The translations under genes and the position numbers were made by a program. A stretch of DNA of 64,000 bases from Catajapyx aquilonaris (Eukaryota): positions 1 to 64,000 of the forward strand of contig KZ538087.1 in assembly GCA_000934665.2 (NCBI GenBank). Reading direction: 5' to 3'. The notes beneath the pieces are model-generated. The model was not told the DNA's origin, searched no databases, and was given only the letters and a program-made list of their open reading frames with translations. This document shows, piece after piece, positions 22,871 through 36,549 of this stretch. Position 1 is the stretch's first letter. Each line of letters starts with the position of its first letter.

Positions 22871-25800
22871 CGTGTCACTAGCGCGACAACTACGGTTCAA
22901 CGACGCCATCTAGCCCAGATTAAACAATGAGTGCAATCAGCAAGGTTGAATAACATTATTAATCATCCCTGTGCTTGTAATTCATTCACTTTTATCGCAG
23001 TATGGATGTGAGCTTTCGGGTTGTCCGCGGGTGGAGACAGTAATTACTTGATGAAGATGCGAAGCGATAAGAGGACCAGCAATTTGTAATTACCGTGTAG
23101 CAGAGGTTCACTGAGGAAGAGATAATGTTTACACCAGAACGTTTGCCTCTGCGGGGAATGACAAATTGAACTGTGAAGAACAAAGAAAAATACCGCATGC
23201 TGCTGTCGGGAAATAAAAGGCTAACTAACGCATCATTATCTACATACAAAACTTGGACGATATGTACAGTGCTGAGTCATTATAAATTTAAATTAACAAC
23301 TACTAAGAGAAATGCTGTAAAAACGAAATTAATGAAAACAGAAGAGCAAATTAAAAGTAAAACATAAACATGGACCAATTATTCTACCCTAGTCACTGTA
23401 ATCAGAGGTGCAATAGTATTTTACTTCCGCTTCTAAAACAGGTATGTAAGCAGGCATGTAATGATTTCTAATTACAGGTGGTTTGGGACTCTTGGTCCGC
23501 CGCGTTCCCCCACCAGATTCGCTGTGTGCCGACTATGACTTAAAGTAACTGACGGAAGGGGCCAGCGCCGGCACTAAAGCCTAGCGGCACCCTACATAAC
23601 TACGATATGTCACACCATCACGGGGGTCGGAGGGGGAAACCTACATGAAAAAAACGGAGTTGCACCGGGGTGGGTAGACCTACTTGTATATATAATGAGA
23701 CTTATGGAAAACTTTTTCAGTGTGACATAGCAATTAAATAATGTCAAAATAATGATATAAACTAACATACGCGGAGTGACTGCCTCAAAAACAGTCACAA
23801 ATTCAATCTCAGCTCTCGGGCATAATTATTGTAATGATGCATTTAAAAAACCGATGCCACATGCCATACAGTAAACTCCCTCTCGACTTATTGTGCCCAG
23901 AAGGCCAGCCAGCGATAGAATCCTCGACATCCTTCGTAAATTTATTCTTCAACTATCGAAGGGCACGCCAAAGTTTGGCCTCCCAACTTGGAAAATAGCA
24001 AGGATAAGATGTTATCAGTTGGCCCACTTTGGCCCCATAAGCGTACATGTAGGGCCCTTGCCTTATGCTATCGGAACTGCAGAAAGTTCGGCAGCTACAC
24101 TTTATTAACATCCGAAAAAAAGAGGGGAAAGGGAAGTGATAAATCAGAATCTCGCTTCTTTACGTAATCAGTTCGTTAAAAATATGCTTCGGAAAATTAC
24201 GCTTTCGTTACCTCCAGGCTATTGGATAATGCTGGCAACTCCTTTAGGAGCTTTATCTGCGCAATAAATTCGATGAGCCAGGAAAAGTGAATGGAGCGTT
24301 GCTTGTAATTGGATTCGCGATCACACTTGGGAATTGTCTTTCAAGTGTACCTTACCCGGGTATTGGTGTGTATATCATATTAAGAGGGAGAGAGAGCGTG
24401 GGAGAGACGGGCTCGATGAACCCGAGTTTTGGGTAATGAGCCCGAGTTATACAACTTGAAAAGTTTGTCTTGCGCTTTTTTTTCCAAGGTTTTCTTGCAA
24501 GTAGGTTGACGTGATTTACTGAGGACTATGGCTTTTTTTTGGTATAGTTGCCCAGGTCAGTACACCCACAATCCAACTCCAGTAAATCCCAACAGCGTGA
24601 CCTCTCTGCTGCTCTTCTCGGCTCTTCTCGTCCGAAACTCCTATACCGACACATGCACTAGGACATGGCAGATCCGCAAAACGTGAGGCATTCGATCCAC
24701 TTACAAAGAGCATGCGCAAACGGACGCATTTTTTTAAACAACATATGTTGAGGTGACAATACTCTTGTGCTGTACCAGGGCAGCCAGCTTGTCACTCTCA
24801 TAGGCAATGGCTGCCCTTTTGTGGAGAGATCGGGGACTAGAGAGTGATATTTTGGATTGATGTCTAATCATAATTACTTTGGTAATCAAACGTATTAGCT
24901 GCGAAGATTAGGTTGTGCGGACCACCCCTTTTAAAGTCTGCAAAAATGAATTCTACAATATCGTGGACATTCCATGCCAATATTATTGTTCCAATGGGCC
25001 ATTCCTGATTGGGAATTCATTTCAATGTTGCAGCTTGCTTCTTCGGCTTATTATCAGCTAATACTTTCAATAACCACTATAACATCTTAGAAGCAAACAG
25101 CTTAGTGCAAAAACCTATAACTGAAATGGCCAATTTAATTGACTGACCCTGTTTAAACATTGTAATGTAAATTATCCCAGTTTATTGCACTTACTGTATA
25201 CATGCATAGAGACTTAGCAAGTGATGTTTACTGCTACACACAAAATAATATTGGGCTACATCGTCTTTTAACCACCAGTATATAAACCCGCATCCAATGT
25301 TTATACTCTGCAATACTGGATACATCCTGCTGCAAGTTACACCAATCTGCGGATTTGTCCGCTTTTACTGGCTGTGCTCCCGAGTGAAGTTTGGGACCAG
25401 CGGATTTGTTGTAATGGTTTATCAACACAAGAATCCACTTTTAGGATTATCCTGGGGATACTGACCTCAGGATGGATAATAACCCGACGCTAAGCGGACC
25501 CATCTCCCTAAAAAACTGCTATGGACGAAATGCATAAAGTTATTCACATTTTATACTTGCAGCCATACTTTTTTTTTTGTGAACGAGCCAAATCCATCCT
25601 AAAAACGCAAGTATACAACCGTCGTATATATTTTATTAAGTCTATAATTGGAGATTGTTTTATAAATTCGCAATGAAAATAGTTGATGCGGGAGAAGTGG
25701 TTATGATGCGGCTAGGGAGCCAGTGTGATCAAATCAAATCAGATATGCACGATGATCAAGCCGGAACATCCTTCCGGCTATAACATTTTCCTCCATCGGC

Positions 25801-28347
25801 ACTAAAGCTTGTTCCTAGTCGACCTCCACCACTCCACCATTTATACGCCCAATCATGGTCTACGGTTATGTACCTTGACGCAAATTCCAACAGCCCGGCA
25901 CGAGAAGACGAGCTCCTTGAAAGAATTTGGAGGGCATTGGGGAGTCATTTCCTTCTCAGCAATGTGTGGCGCCCTCGTTGGAATCGATGGCGTAAGGGGG
26001 CATCCCCAAGTGTAGTACACAAGGGCCGTTATTAGCACGACATGAAAAGCAGGGCCAGAATAGGCCAAACTCAATCTGTATACCTGTGCGTTTCGCGACG
26101 TGTTCCGCATGGACGGCGCTTCTGGGAACAATGTGTTTTGGTGCTTTGCGGGGGCTAATGGCTCGGCTTTACAGGTTTCACCACCGACATGGTTCGTGTG
26201 ACTAGCTCGCCGCCGTCCTCTATAGCCTAACCTGCTGGCCATGTTGCAAAAATAAGCTTACACCCATAGACAGGAGGCGCATTGATGTTCGTTTCGTATT
26301 ACAGGTTGCGCTTTTCAGTCTGATTCTAGTCAACTATTTAGCGCTGAATGTTATTCTCTTGCATTTTTACAACCATCGGTGTCTTGCACTTGAAAATGTT
26401 AAGGAGGAATGTCTGAAACTGGATTGTGTTTTTAAAACCATTGCGGTGGAAAATTACTGTAATTTAGCATATATGTATTCTGCTTATTTTGAAATATTTC
26501 TTCATACAGGTATTTTGGCATAAAGTGAAGTCTACAAACTTGTTAGTCCTATTTTGGTGGTTTTGAGTAATTTGCATCACTATCGCCTGGTGAAGTTCAT
26601 TTAGTCCAAAAGATTCATGAGGAGCCAACAAACCAGGATTTTCTGTCTTTACTAGCATGTATACAAGTGCAATGTCAAGTGCATTATCTCCAACCTGGGT
26701 GCGGTGGTTTGAACTTTGTGTGTTCATTTGTATCCCGAAGATATTTTGAGTCTGCCATTTGAATGCGTTGTAGTTACAAATGCGCATCGTCAGTGTGATG
26801 ACTGAATCATTGGGAACAAAAGGTTGGCGCCTCTAAAGAGCCTATATGAAAACAGGTTTATGGCAATGCAGTGCCAAATGCATTTTTAGTTGTTGGGGGT
26901 GGACATGTTTTCGTGTACCAGTTTGTTTACATGCACCCTCTTTCTTCTCAGGTCGGTAAACTAATCCCATATTTTCATTTTCAAATTCAGTTCCCACAAT
27001 TCCACCATATGATTTGATTGATTATTTTTTTCAAATTCAATATTTACATACTAATTGGTACTGCAGTAACGGATTTCTCGTTAATGCATGGGTTACGATT
27101 GAAATTAAATTAGTGGTCAGAGATTTTGGCACTAAGCTGTTTATTTTTAAGCAATAATTTTTTGGTCGTTTTAGTGGTTATCAAATGTATTGACTGCTAA
27201 TATTATGCAGCATTGAATCATGTATCAGAGCTCTAAATTGTAAGTAATTTAAGATTGGGAATGGCCCACATGGAACAAGAAAATTAACATCGGATATCAA
27301 TCATTGAACCTATTATTTTGCAGGCCAGACTCCCTAGCAAGAGTTAAACAGGGGTGATCTACAAACCTAATATTAGTTTCTAATAATTTTGATAACCGCT
27401 GTGTAATTAGAATTTTCAGCTTAGTGCCAAAAATCGCCAATAATAATTTAATATGAATACTCTGTATATGTAACCATTGCCCCCCTCACAATTCACTTCA
27501 GGAGCACCAAAGCTTCCATATAACTTAAAGGCTCCACGAACTTTGAGACATCTAAGCCTTTTTTGCCACAATATCTCAAGCAGTAGCTGGTAGCCTCAGA
27601 ATCATTTTTCACGGACTTGCCAAGCCTTGGAAATGAGGTCCTCATATAATTGACATTATGGATGAGTGTGTTGAAAGTGTCTGGAATCCCTGGGCTTCAG
27701 GTTAAGAGACATGAAATTTTGATCCGTGGCATTCTGCTCTTCCATCCCGGGCTCATGTTTCCACAAACTCTCCGCCGAGACCCGAACAAGCAGAGCTCCC
27801 AAAGGCGATATCCCATTGTGTTGTATACGGGTAATACATCAAAGAGGAGAGGGCGGAGGAGAAGACTGGAAAAAATTCCCCCTACTCTGGAGTCAAGTCA
27901 CTGGCTGAGCTATTTATGAGGGTAAAGGATGACTGGCTGAGTGAAATATATGACCAGCCTTTACCGGAGGCTAAGGAGGGAATAGCAAGGAATAAATCGA
28001 GCGAGTAGTGAATATATGGTATCGTCTTTTTCTGGTAGTGGAGAAGAAGGGGGGTGGGGAAGAGGCAAAAGTCCTGTGTGGCTGTGAGAGAAGTTACTAT
28101 TCATGCATTGTGGCCCTGGAAGGATTCTAGTGATATACTGAGAACTACAGCTATGGGAATCTCCAGTCTGGTTATACGAGGAGATATAGCATCTTGAGTG
28201 CCACGAAGTGCATACACGTTGCCACCTTTGTGATTCCCAGAATAGATATTTGCAGCTGATATTTATGTACTGGCAATGCAAGCACCGCGACCTAGGACTC
28301 AACTCGCGTTAGACTCGAACCGTTGAACGTTCTATGGTCTATGAAAC

Positions 28348-28480
28348 CTATCGGATGAGCCCAAAACTTTTCACTTTTGTCCAACTACTACGAGGGCCAA
28401 TTGCCAGCTGACAAAAGTGTACGCATTCACTTTGAGCCCAACTTTGCAAGTTGTTTGAACCTATTTCTGACAGGCAATGG
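28348..28480 (-). mobile_element. Possible mariner transposase C-terminal relic
   Basis: FHCLSEIGSNNLQSWAQSECVHFCQLAIGPRSSWTKVKSFG follows the mariner F...W.....F...GI..L..RW.K....G spacing; very degenerate. Confidence 0.3.
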
Positions 28481-31400
28481 AAGCATTCAAGTGGGCGTAT
28501 TTCGGACTCTCTAAAAGAAGTGTTCCACACTGTCGAGCTATATTAGTCGTGTAGACGAAGTGCGCTGCTGACAGCCGCAAACGAGAAGAACACCCTGTTT
28601 TAAACTTCGCTTTTCTCTGAAAGTTTATACGATCCAGTCACGGACCGTCAACTCGAAAGGCGCGCTATTCAAACGCTTAAAATTGAAGTATTCGCTAACC
28701 CAGCTGTCCAAGTTTGAGCCAAATTCGGTCCACAGTTAATATAGGACGACTACCCGACGTCCTAGCGACCTTAGTAGTGCTTCCTGTCATTTGTCAACGT
28801 ATTGTTTTTGTGACTTTAAAACTGTCCCCGGCTGCTTTTTTTGCGGCAGGGTTATATGATTATGTGATTATGGCTGCGGTGGAACGTTTCGCAATTTTTT
28901 ACGCTGAAAAGCAGGCCTTGCATGGCGGTATTTTAATCCGCTGCTACATCCGCTATTGGTTAAGCATTAAGTCGTATGTCATTTTTTTGGGGGGCCCGGT
29001 TTTGTTACCAGGTGAGTCGTGTGCGGCCAGCTACATTTTTTCGGTTTTACACGCGGCCTCGTTAGCCGAACGTATTAAGCTGTGCCACTGTGCATGTGCT
29101 TTTTTTACGTGATGAGAAAGCGGAAAAACAGCCTAGTTGAGGCAAAAGTTGGGACAGAAAAATAATGCAAGTATTGATAATCGTGCTTAGGGTTTGTCAG
29201 CAATTAATAATAAAAGTTGATTATTTGCGTTGGTTCACGAAATCACTCTAGCTGTCCCACTGCATGTAGAGGTAAATGAACCGCATTGGCATTTGCTCGA
29301 TTTGTCATCTAGACAGCACCTTTCACTTCTGACTAACAGCGTGCGTGGAAACAATGCCAACTAAAATATGAACATATCGTTATGCACTAGGAAGACCTCG
29401 GTCGTTGTTCTGGACCAAGGACTTCCGTACTCACACATTGTATATCGTATTTTTTGGGATTATCTTTCTCCCTTCACGCGCAAAGTTAGTTGGTCAGCTG
29501 CAAGTGAGAAGCGTTGATTTGGTCCCGTCAGCTGCCAAGTTTATGCCAAAAAATGCTTTATGCACCCGTGGCACCCGATCGACTCTGGCAGTGTGGAGTG
29601 TAGAGCCGTACACAGTGCATATGTAATGAGATCGACCCAAAGGGAGAGAGAGAGAGAGAGAGGCTGGTATATATACCAACGCCAATCTGCATTGTGTTTT
29701 GTTAAGCCCTCCACGTCCATATCCACTTTATGTCTTTGTCCAAGTTAACTTGGTTAGGTGTGACAACAGCGTACCAATCCATTGTATAACGTTATTTTTT
29801 GGGGGAGAACAAAACCGCGGGAGTCTGTAAATATAAAAAAAATGAACAGAGCCATTTTGACAAGAGAAAATTCAACACCAATTAATGGATGTGTACCCCC
29901 TAGGGAGAGGGTCTTCATGGTCGTTCCGACCATTATGGCCATTGGCACACTACAACTGTCCCGGCATGTGACCTGAATGCCGGTGCTCTGTTCTCAGAAA
30001 TGACAAGGATTCGAGCACCAGAGGGATGTACCGAGAGGAATGCGCCGTTGCACATTGCATCCGTCGGAGATTTAAAAAAACCAAAAAAAAGGAAGAGAGA
30101 GGGGTTGGATACAACGACCGTCCCATATAAATGCAATCTCACAAACTCGATCCCCTTTCTATATAATTTGCATCCAGAATGTAGCAAATGGGATTTCGCC
30201 AAATTAAAACGCGGACATGTGCGACGCTCCATAGAGGAATAATAGGATCTGTTTGTTTCTTCCTATACAAAGGACACATATAAAGTAAATGGTTTATATA
30301 TTTTTTTTCTTCCAATCAATAACCGCCACAGCGGCTCTGGAGTCTCCAGTCCACAAATTTATCTGGCCAACCCTATTGGATTTTCAATCCAGAAATTGTA
30401 GGACAGGAAGAGCACAACCTATAGCTGCACACGTACGGTAATGCGGATTTGCATGATGAGCATGATTAGGTGAAGCTGAGGTGGCGTCTCTAGGGAAGTC
30501 TAGTATCTATTGATGGGATGTCGAGACGAGCCAAGATGAGTAGGCATCCTAATAATTGCACGAGTGACGTTGATCCCCCAGCAGAGGCTTGGTCGACAAG
30601 AAGCTGTGGAAAGATGGAGTGGAGTCGGGAAGAGAGACATGGGCGGAGTCGACATGTCTCGTGGAATCTGTAGGGTCTGCCTAATGGCCAAATCCTAGCA
30701 TCCAGAGAAACGATTCTTCATGCAAACGAAGTGTGACGGCAAAAGGCGTCGGAACGGGGGGTGAAAAAGAGGACCCCCCCCAGCCCAGCCCAAGGCGCTT
30801 TTTGCTTCTTTCACTCCACACTTTCCGCTAGTTCACGACTCCCTGCTTCTTGTTGCAAGAAATTTTCACGCGGTATGGGGGCGGACTTGGAATCAGGTTT
30901 CAGGATGAAGAGATCTTGTGGGCATATCTTTTTCTAGGGTCATGAACAATTCGAGGTTTTAGATTATACGCAGCGTACTTATTGCTCACTCTTGCGGCAG
31001 CCAAACTATTTGTTATGCTACGAATACAGTATCTACGCAGTGTGCTTGAAACTATTCGGGAAAAATCTGGATTTTGTTCGCTTCAGGATATATGAGGTTG
31101 TGCAATTGGTACTTTTTGGCCTAAAATTCAGTGTATGAGTTGTATGGTTCCTAAGGAGAAAAGAAAAGGGCAGCAATTTCTAAGAAATAATTAACCTTCC
31201 CAATAATTGTCACTCGAGGTCTCTCGAGGTTTTCATGCGAAAAACTGATTATTCAGATTTATAATTTATTATGACTAACTTTTTCATATCGGACTCGAAA
31301 AATTACTGCAAATTTTTACCTGGCAACCACTGCTGCATAGTGCGGAAAACAGATCTCACAGTAGCACTGTACAATTTCACAATATTATGCACCCATTTGC

Positions 31401-32346
31401 ATTATCTTGCTCGCTTTTTTAGAAGAGCCGATATAGGCCTGTATACTTTAGTATGAGAAAGTTTTAAGAGTAAGCCTATACCTTGAGAAGAAAATGTGAC
31501 GTTTTTAAAATGGGCCTTCCATAATTTGATAGCAGCGATACTTTCCCTACGTATAGGCTTTTGGTTTCTGCTTGTAGATTCAAAGCTTTACGCAAGTGTC
31601 ATGTGGTTGACATGATGTCAATAATTCAACATTCTTCAACACTCATTCAATATTCAACATGTGCTGCATAGACTATGGGTCATTACATTACACTGTATGA
31701 CACTGGCGCGTTACCTGGCGCAGATCTAATTCCCACACCTTGGGCATACACGTCAACACGTAGGACGTTTTCTCATCCATGCGGGAGTAGAAAATGACAA
31801 CACACAACTTGGCCGTACAGTGTGTAGGTGTCAAACTATCACCAACCACTCTAGTTGCACCAGGTAACATCGAATAGTTTAAAATTAGGTCGGTTTCGCC
31901 GCGTGAGCCATAACCTGACCATAACGTAGTCATAAAATATAACAGTTTTACCTACCTGCAGTAAGCGTGTTTACTTCTACGTTCATGTGGAATAGACATG
32001 GCATGTGCAGAGGTGTCACATCAGGGCGTGGGGGGTCAAAATTATCGATCATTCTTCAGTCATCGCTGATCGATGTGCATGTAACCACCTGAAATGGCCA
32101 TAAATTCCCCATATGTGTACCACGGGTGCAACCAATACAGCCGTTTCGAATTCAATCTTTTCCTCGATGTAACAACGCGCGTTTTATGTTTTACGCCAGT
32201 CCAGTAAAACCTCTGCATACCATTAAACGAAAGTATCGCCGATATTTGCCCGCAAAAAAAACAACGAGAGGCAAAATCCACATTTAATTCCTCAACTCAT
32301 ACACTGCAATTGAACATCCTTTGAAGCTGTGAATACATAAATGGCT

Positions 32347-34167
32347 CTATCGCACAAATTCCATTGGCTGCTCTACCGGTAAATAAGTTTCGACCAGAAA
32401 AGCAAAGAATGCCGAAGCACTTCCTACCAGCAAAATGTAAAAGGCCCCTTCAAATGTCTTGAGCGAGAATCGCAGCAGTGTTTCCTCGCTGCCGCTTTTG
32501 ACTTGCCTGGCAACCCTCCAAGTACTAATGTAAGTGGATAGCCTGTCGGTCTTTTGCCCCAACCCAATGGCGTTGTACATTTGAATCCAGCGGTTGAAGT
32601 TGTCCGTGTAGAGGCTGCCTTTAGGGAATATCATCGAGGAGAACAAGGACACAAAGTTGTCGTCGGCAATTCGCACTTTGTATGCACCATACTCATCTAT
32701 GAAATGGTTCGCCTCATTGCGCAGAGCAGTCTCTGTGGTGATGCAAGCGTTGTCACCCTCGAAAAGCCGCTCGATGCAATCGCGTCTGCTGCCGCCCCGC
32801 GACCCTTTGGACAGGAAGTACGACAGCGACGAATCGTTTAATTTCACGAACGTGTTGAGAAATATGTAGTCGTCCTGGGAGAAGACGGCCCGGAAGGATG
32901 AGGTCTTCAGGTCCTGGATAGAATCCGGGAGAGTTTCCATCGGCGGAGAGGTCAGGAACGAGTATAGTTTGGACTTATACCCGGTGCCCACTACCATCCC
33001 GAAAAACACCCAGAAGATAAACAGAATCCGCGAAGACGACTTCGAAGACTGCATCGGTGGCGGTTGGTCCACCAGCACCTGTCCGAAATGGGCTAGGGAT
33101 ATACATAAGGACGAACCGCTAGCCAGAAGCACGTGCAACATGCTGGCACATATGAGGGCTGACAAAAAGAGAATCCAGGGCAGCAGTTGGTATGGCAGAA
33201 AGAAGAGCAGTGGCGTCACTTGGCGTCGCGGTTGACGTGTGGCGAAAGTCAGGCGTCCAAACTTGTGGCACGTAATGTAGTCCATTACGGGGTAATACTG
33301 CGGGGACAAGTTGAGCATCATGTAGAACGGCATGTGCCCCGATGTCAGCCGGCGCACTGCCTGCATGGCAACGGTGTAGTTGTACATGTCCTGCTCCGTG
33401 ATTTTCCAGGTGAAATTCAAGGCCTGTTGCGCAAAGCAGAGGGGTTGAATGTCGTGGTGCGCCCAGTAGTTGCAATGCGATTTATTAGGACCCCATTCTA
33501 GGACACTTTCTAGTAGCTTTCCATGGAAGTTGCTGGCAGTGTCTTGAAACAGGGTGGTTGAATCGGGCTGTTCGATCGTGGGATTACCGTCGTCGCAATA
33601 AAGACATACCGAGTGCAGCTGGAATCCCTGCTGTGTCGTGATTGCTGCTTTCATCTTGATTCGTGAAGCTGGCGGTTTTAACAAATAGTCTGTGGTTGCA
33701 CTATCGCGTATCCATGTCAGGTGGAAATGTTTGGTGGGGCTCCCGACAGCTGCCGCCGCTGTCGCTTCAAAGTTCTGGCTGCAACTGACAATGAATTGCA
33801 TCGAACATGTTGATGTCCACTGATATTTCAACTGATCGCGGTTGAGATCACTGGGTGAGTTACACTGCCAGTTGCTGCGTTTCCGGGAAGCTGTCAGTAT
33901 TATTGGTCTCCCACTGCCTTCCGTGCGGCCCAATAATTGTTGCACAGGTAGTGGTATATCGGCAGCATCATGAGTCAGCACCAGTGGGCAGTATATGGGA
34001 ATGTTACTTACGTTTAACAACAGTTTGTCCACAAATAGAGACACTAGTGAAGCCTCACTATCCAAGTTTGATAGGTATGTAACGACTGAAAGTAAGTTGA
34101 AGATGCTCATCATGGACGGACTGCGGGGACAAAGTGGGTCGTCGTAAATAGTCGACAACGACGTCAT
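32347..34167 (-). CDS. Divergent ionotropic receptor (IR; iGluR-related chemoreceptor), 606 aa, intronless
   Basis: Pre-M1/M1 LTFATRQP...FFLPYQLLPWILF, M3 SSRILFIFWVFFGMVVGTGYKSKLYSFLTSP followed by PDSIQDL, S2 FPKGSLYTDNFNRWI, M4 SLKTFEGAFYILLVG...FLVE. The true start may be Met19/20, which precedes a hydrophobic signal-like stretch. Confidence 0.93.
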   Translation of the reverse strand: MTSLSTIYDDPLCPRSPSMMSIFNLLSVVTYLSNLDSEASLVSLFVDKLLLNVSNIPIYCPLVLTHDAADIPLPVQQLLGRTEGSGRPIILTASRKRSNWQCNSPSDLNRDQLKYQWTSTCSMQFIVSCSQNFEATAAAAVGSPTKHFHLTWIRDSATTDYLLKPPASRIKMKAAITTQQGFQLHSVCLYCDDGNPTIEQPDSTTLFQDTASNFHGKLLESVLEWGPNKSHCNYWAHHDIQPLCFAQQALNFTWKITEQDMYNYTVAMQAVRRLTSGHMPFYMMLNLSPQYYPVMDYITCHKFGRLTFATRQPRRQVTPLLFFLPYQLLPWILFLSALICASMLHVLLASGSSLCISLAHFGQVLVDQPPPMQSSKSSSRILFIFWVFFGMVVGTGYKSKLYSFLTSPPMETLPDSIQDLKTSSFRAVFSQDDYIFLNTFVKLNDSSLSYFLSKGSRGGSRRDCIERLFEGDNACITTETALRNEANHFIDEYGAYKVRIADDNFVSLFSSMIFPKGSLYTDNFNRWIQMYNAIGLGQKTDRLSTYISTWRVARQVKSGSEETLLRFSLKTFEGAFYILLVGSASAFFAFLVETYLPVEQPMEFVR

Positions 34168-34327
34168 GTGTCACCTAGGCCTACTTTTACTGCGCGTTGA
34201 GTCCGGTTCTAAGCAGGTCGATTGTTTTATTATTTATTTAAGCCTTCATTTGTCATTATGCCCTTCAGAGTTGATTCTCCAGAACTTTGGTGCAACTAAA
34301 CCGTAAATAATTCGACACCACCGTGAG

Positions 34328-34330
<3 letters not shown>

Positions 34331-34397
<67 letters not shown>
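34331..34397. repeat. (AG)n microsatellite, about 33 units
   Basis: Perfect dinucleotide run about 165 bp upstream of the IR start codon. Confidence 0.97.
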
Positions 34398-34400
<3 letters not shown>

Positions 34401-35599
34401 GTAATTTTCGTTGCATTGTTGCAAGCTTCTTGTCATCAGATGAATTCACGTCACTCTCTGCATATGCAATATCCAGGTCTACACCCGTGTATCCGCATGT
34501 GTCAGACTTGAAATCCTTCACCTGCGCCAAAAATTCTGGTAGCGTAAAATAAATCCAATCAGCAAAAAAGCAGTGACAGGTTCCTGCCGAAGGGCACTTT
34601 CAGCGCTTCATTTTGTTATAATCAAACGGTAATTAAGTGTCATAACATGAATAGGCCAGTGAGCATTTTCCTGAGTAATTAATGATGCACGTACTGGTCT
34701 GTCGCCGTATATACAGTGCTCGTTTGCAAACACCATTTCACGCGGCCGAGCTATATGAAGTGCAAACGGGTGACAAATCATTGTTGTTTTTTTTACTCCC
34801 TCCCACAACAAAAAAATGGCATCCATGCAGGCGGAGTGGAACTTTTTGGACTGCTCTTGCTGCCGTCTTCCGGACTACAAATTTTCAGGTTTTCCATTTA
34901 CAATTCGGGCGCATTTGATTCCGGCCCAAATCGAAATGTTGCCCCCATGTTATTCCGCGTAGGCAAAGGAAAGGAAGCGCATTTGTCTCGGTTTCAATCT
35001 TCTGCAGGAAATGGCCCTCTTAAGATGCTTCTTTCTTCGGCCAAACTCGTTCCAGGCAAACTTGGTGCATTGGAGGAGATTATGAGAAGGGAAGTGATGG
35101 GTCTGGTACGCCCCAATAAATAGGGAGCTAGCTAGGATAGATAAAAGTATAGAGGAAGACGTTCCAATGGCTATTGATTATTATTATATTGGACCATGGG
35201 CCGGATTTGGCCCCTGGAGTGTATCAAGCCACTGGGATGCGGCAGGTAACGTGTCGAGACTTGAATGAAACGTCAGGTGGCGCTGATGATAATTCCTCCA
35301 ACTGACAGAGCGCATGATATGAGTGTGGAACCGGCAGGCCCCTTTTTGGCCGTATCTGCATGGCAGCAGATCACGTATAGCACAAAGGCTCAATTGCACT
35401 CCGCGCATAAACGCCCCCTTTAATGAGCCGCAAGCACACGTGCATGGATATCGGGAATGTACGGGGAAAAATGCAGGACTGTGCTCTACTCGCCAGGTTA
35501 TGGCCCAAAATGTTGTTAGACAAGATAGCAGTAGCATATATCAGTCAATAGATTTGTTTAGGAAGAGAGGAAGCGTTTGTACAGATTAGCTTGACGATT

Positions 35600-35941
35600 T
35601 ATTTTTTTATTTTTTTATTTTTTTATTGTACCCCGTTGGGAGTTAATTTCCATTAGGGGGGTGGAATTACCACCATTTGGGTGGAACTGGTGTACTGTGT
35701 GATAGTACTTAGTGTGTTCCAAGGGTAGGTAGGAGGGGATGTGCAAAGTGCGTGTGCACAGACGTTGTATTTGCCGTTTTGTGAACTCCCCCGGGTGGCT
35801 TATGTGCAAGGATCGCCACCCGAAACGAAGCCAGAGACGGTCTCACTCTGCACGAAAGAAGGTGGGACCCCGGGTGGGGATTGAACCCGGGACCTTAACT
35901 TCCGTGGGCGCACGCGTTACCACGGCGCCACTCCGTCTCCC
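35600..35941 (-). mobile_element. tRNA-derived SINE (family 2), copy A
   Basis: Minus strand GGGAGACGGAGTGGCGCCGTGGTAACG...GGTCCCGGGTTCAATCC (A/B boxes). 35732-35941 is similar to 49252-49466. A-rich tail near 35600-35627. Confidence 0.8.
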
Positions 35942-35961
35942 TAGCTTGACGATTTAGCGGA

Positions 35962-36026
35962 ATCCACAGTCTGTATCATACAGACTGTGGATAGATGGTC
36001 CACAATTAGTAATTGTGGACCATCTA
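35962..36026. repeat. Two abutting perfect palindromes (15-bp and 17-bp arms, 1-nt spacers)
   Basis: ATCCACAGTCTGTAT-C-ATACAGACTGTGGAT and TAGATGGTCCACAATTA-G-TAATTGTGGACCATCTA. Confidence 0.95.
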
Positions 36027-36093
36027 AGTTAACATAAATGCAATGTGAATTCAGCTGAATAATTTTTCCATGTCATCCGCATTGTGGCATATA

Positions 36094-36549
36094 CAGGGTG
36101 TTCCAAGTTCTTGTGGCCTTTTAGTTATACATCATAGGAAATTTCGCTATAATCTGTTTTTTGTAACTTGTTTTGCCCCGATCTAGCTGCTATATTAGAC
36201 CACCTGGTAGTACTGAGACACCTGGATCTGGGCACAACAATTCATCATTCATTCATTCGTTGTACATCACGGCGTTGTCCCATAATGGGGGTAGCCAGCG
36301 ATGAACTAGGTCATATAACCTATAGGCATTTCATTCGACCTATACATGAGAACCCACTGGTGACTGATCAGGTTCACGCAGAGGATATGATGAGTTTGAT
36401 GATAATGAATTCGATGAAATGAGAACAATACGACAAGCACAACACACACATACCGATACATCAAGAAGGCACAACAAGCGACACAAAAATAACTACTTCG
36501 GTCTATATTAATGATAAGTAAAAACGGCCCAGGAACTTGGAACACCCTG
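36094..36549. mobile_element. Tc1/mariner MITE with TA TSD
   Basis: TA|CAGGGTGTTCCAAGTTCTTG ... CAGGAACTTGGAACACCCTG|TA. Confidence 0.85.

Noticed and set aside
26340..26950. Coding-like stretch with possible hAT dimerisation relic (ILSLP)
   Set aside because: Multiple stops and lacks the diagnostic ERxFS motif
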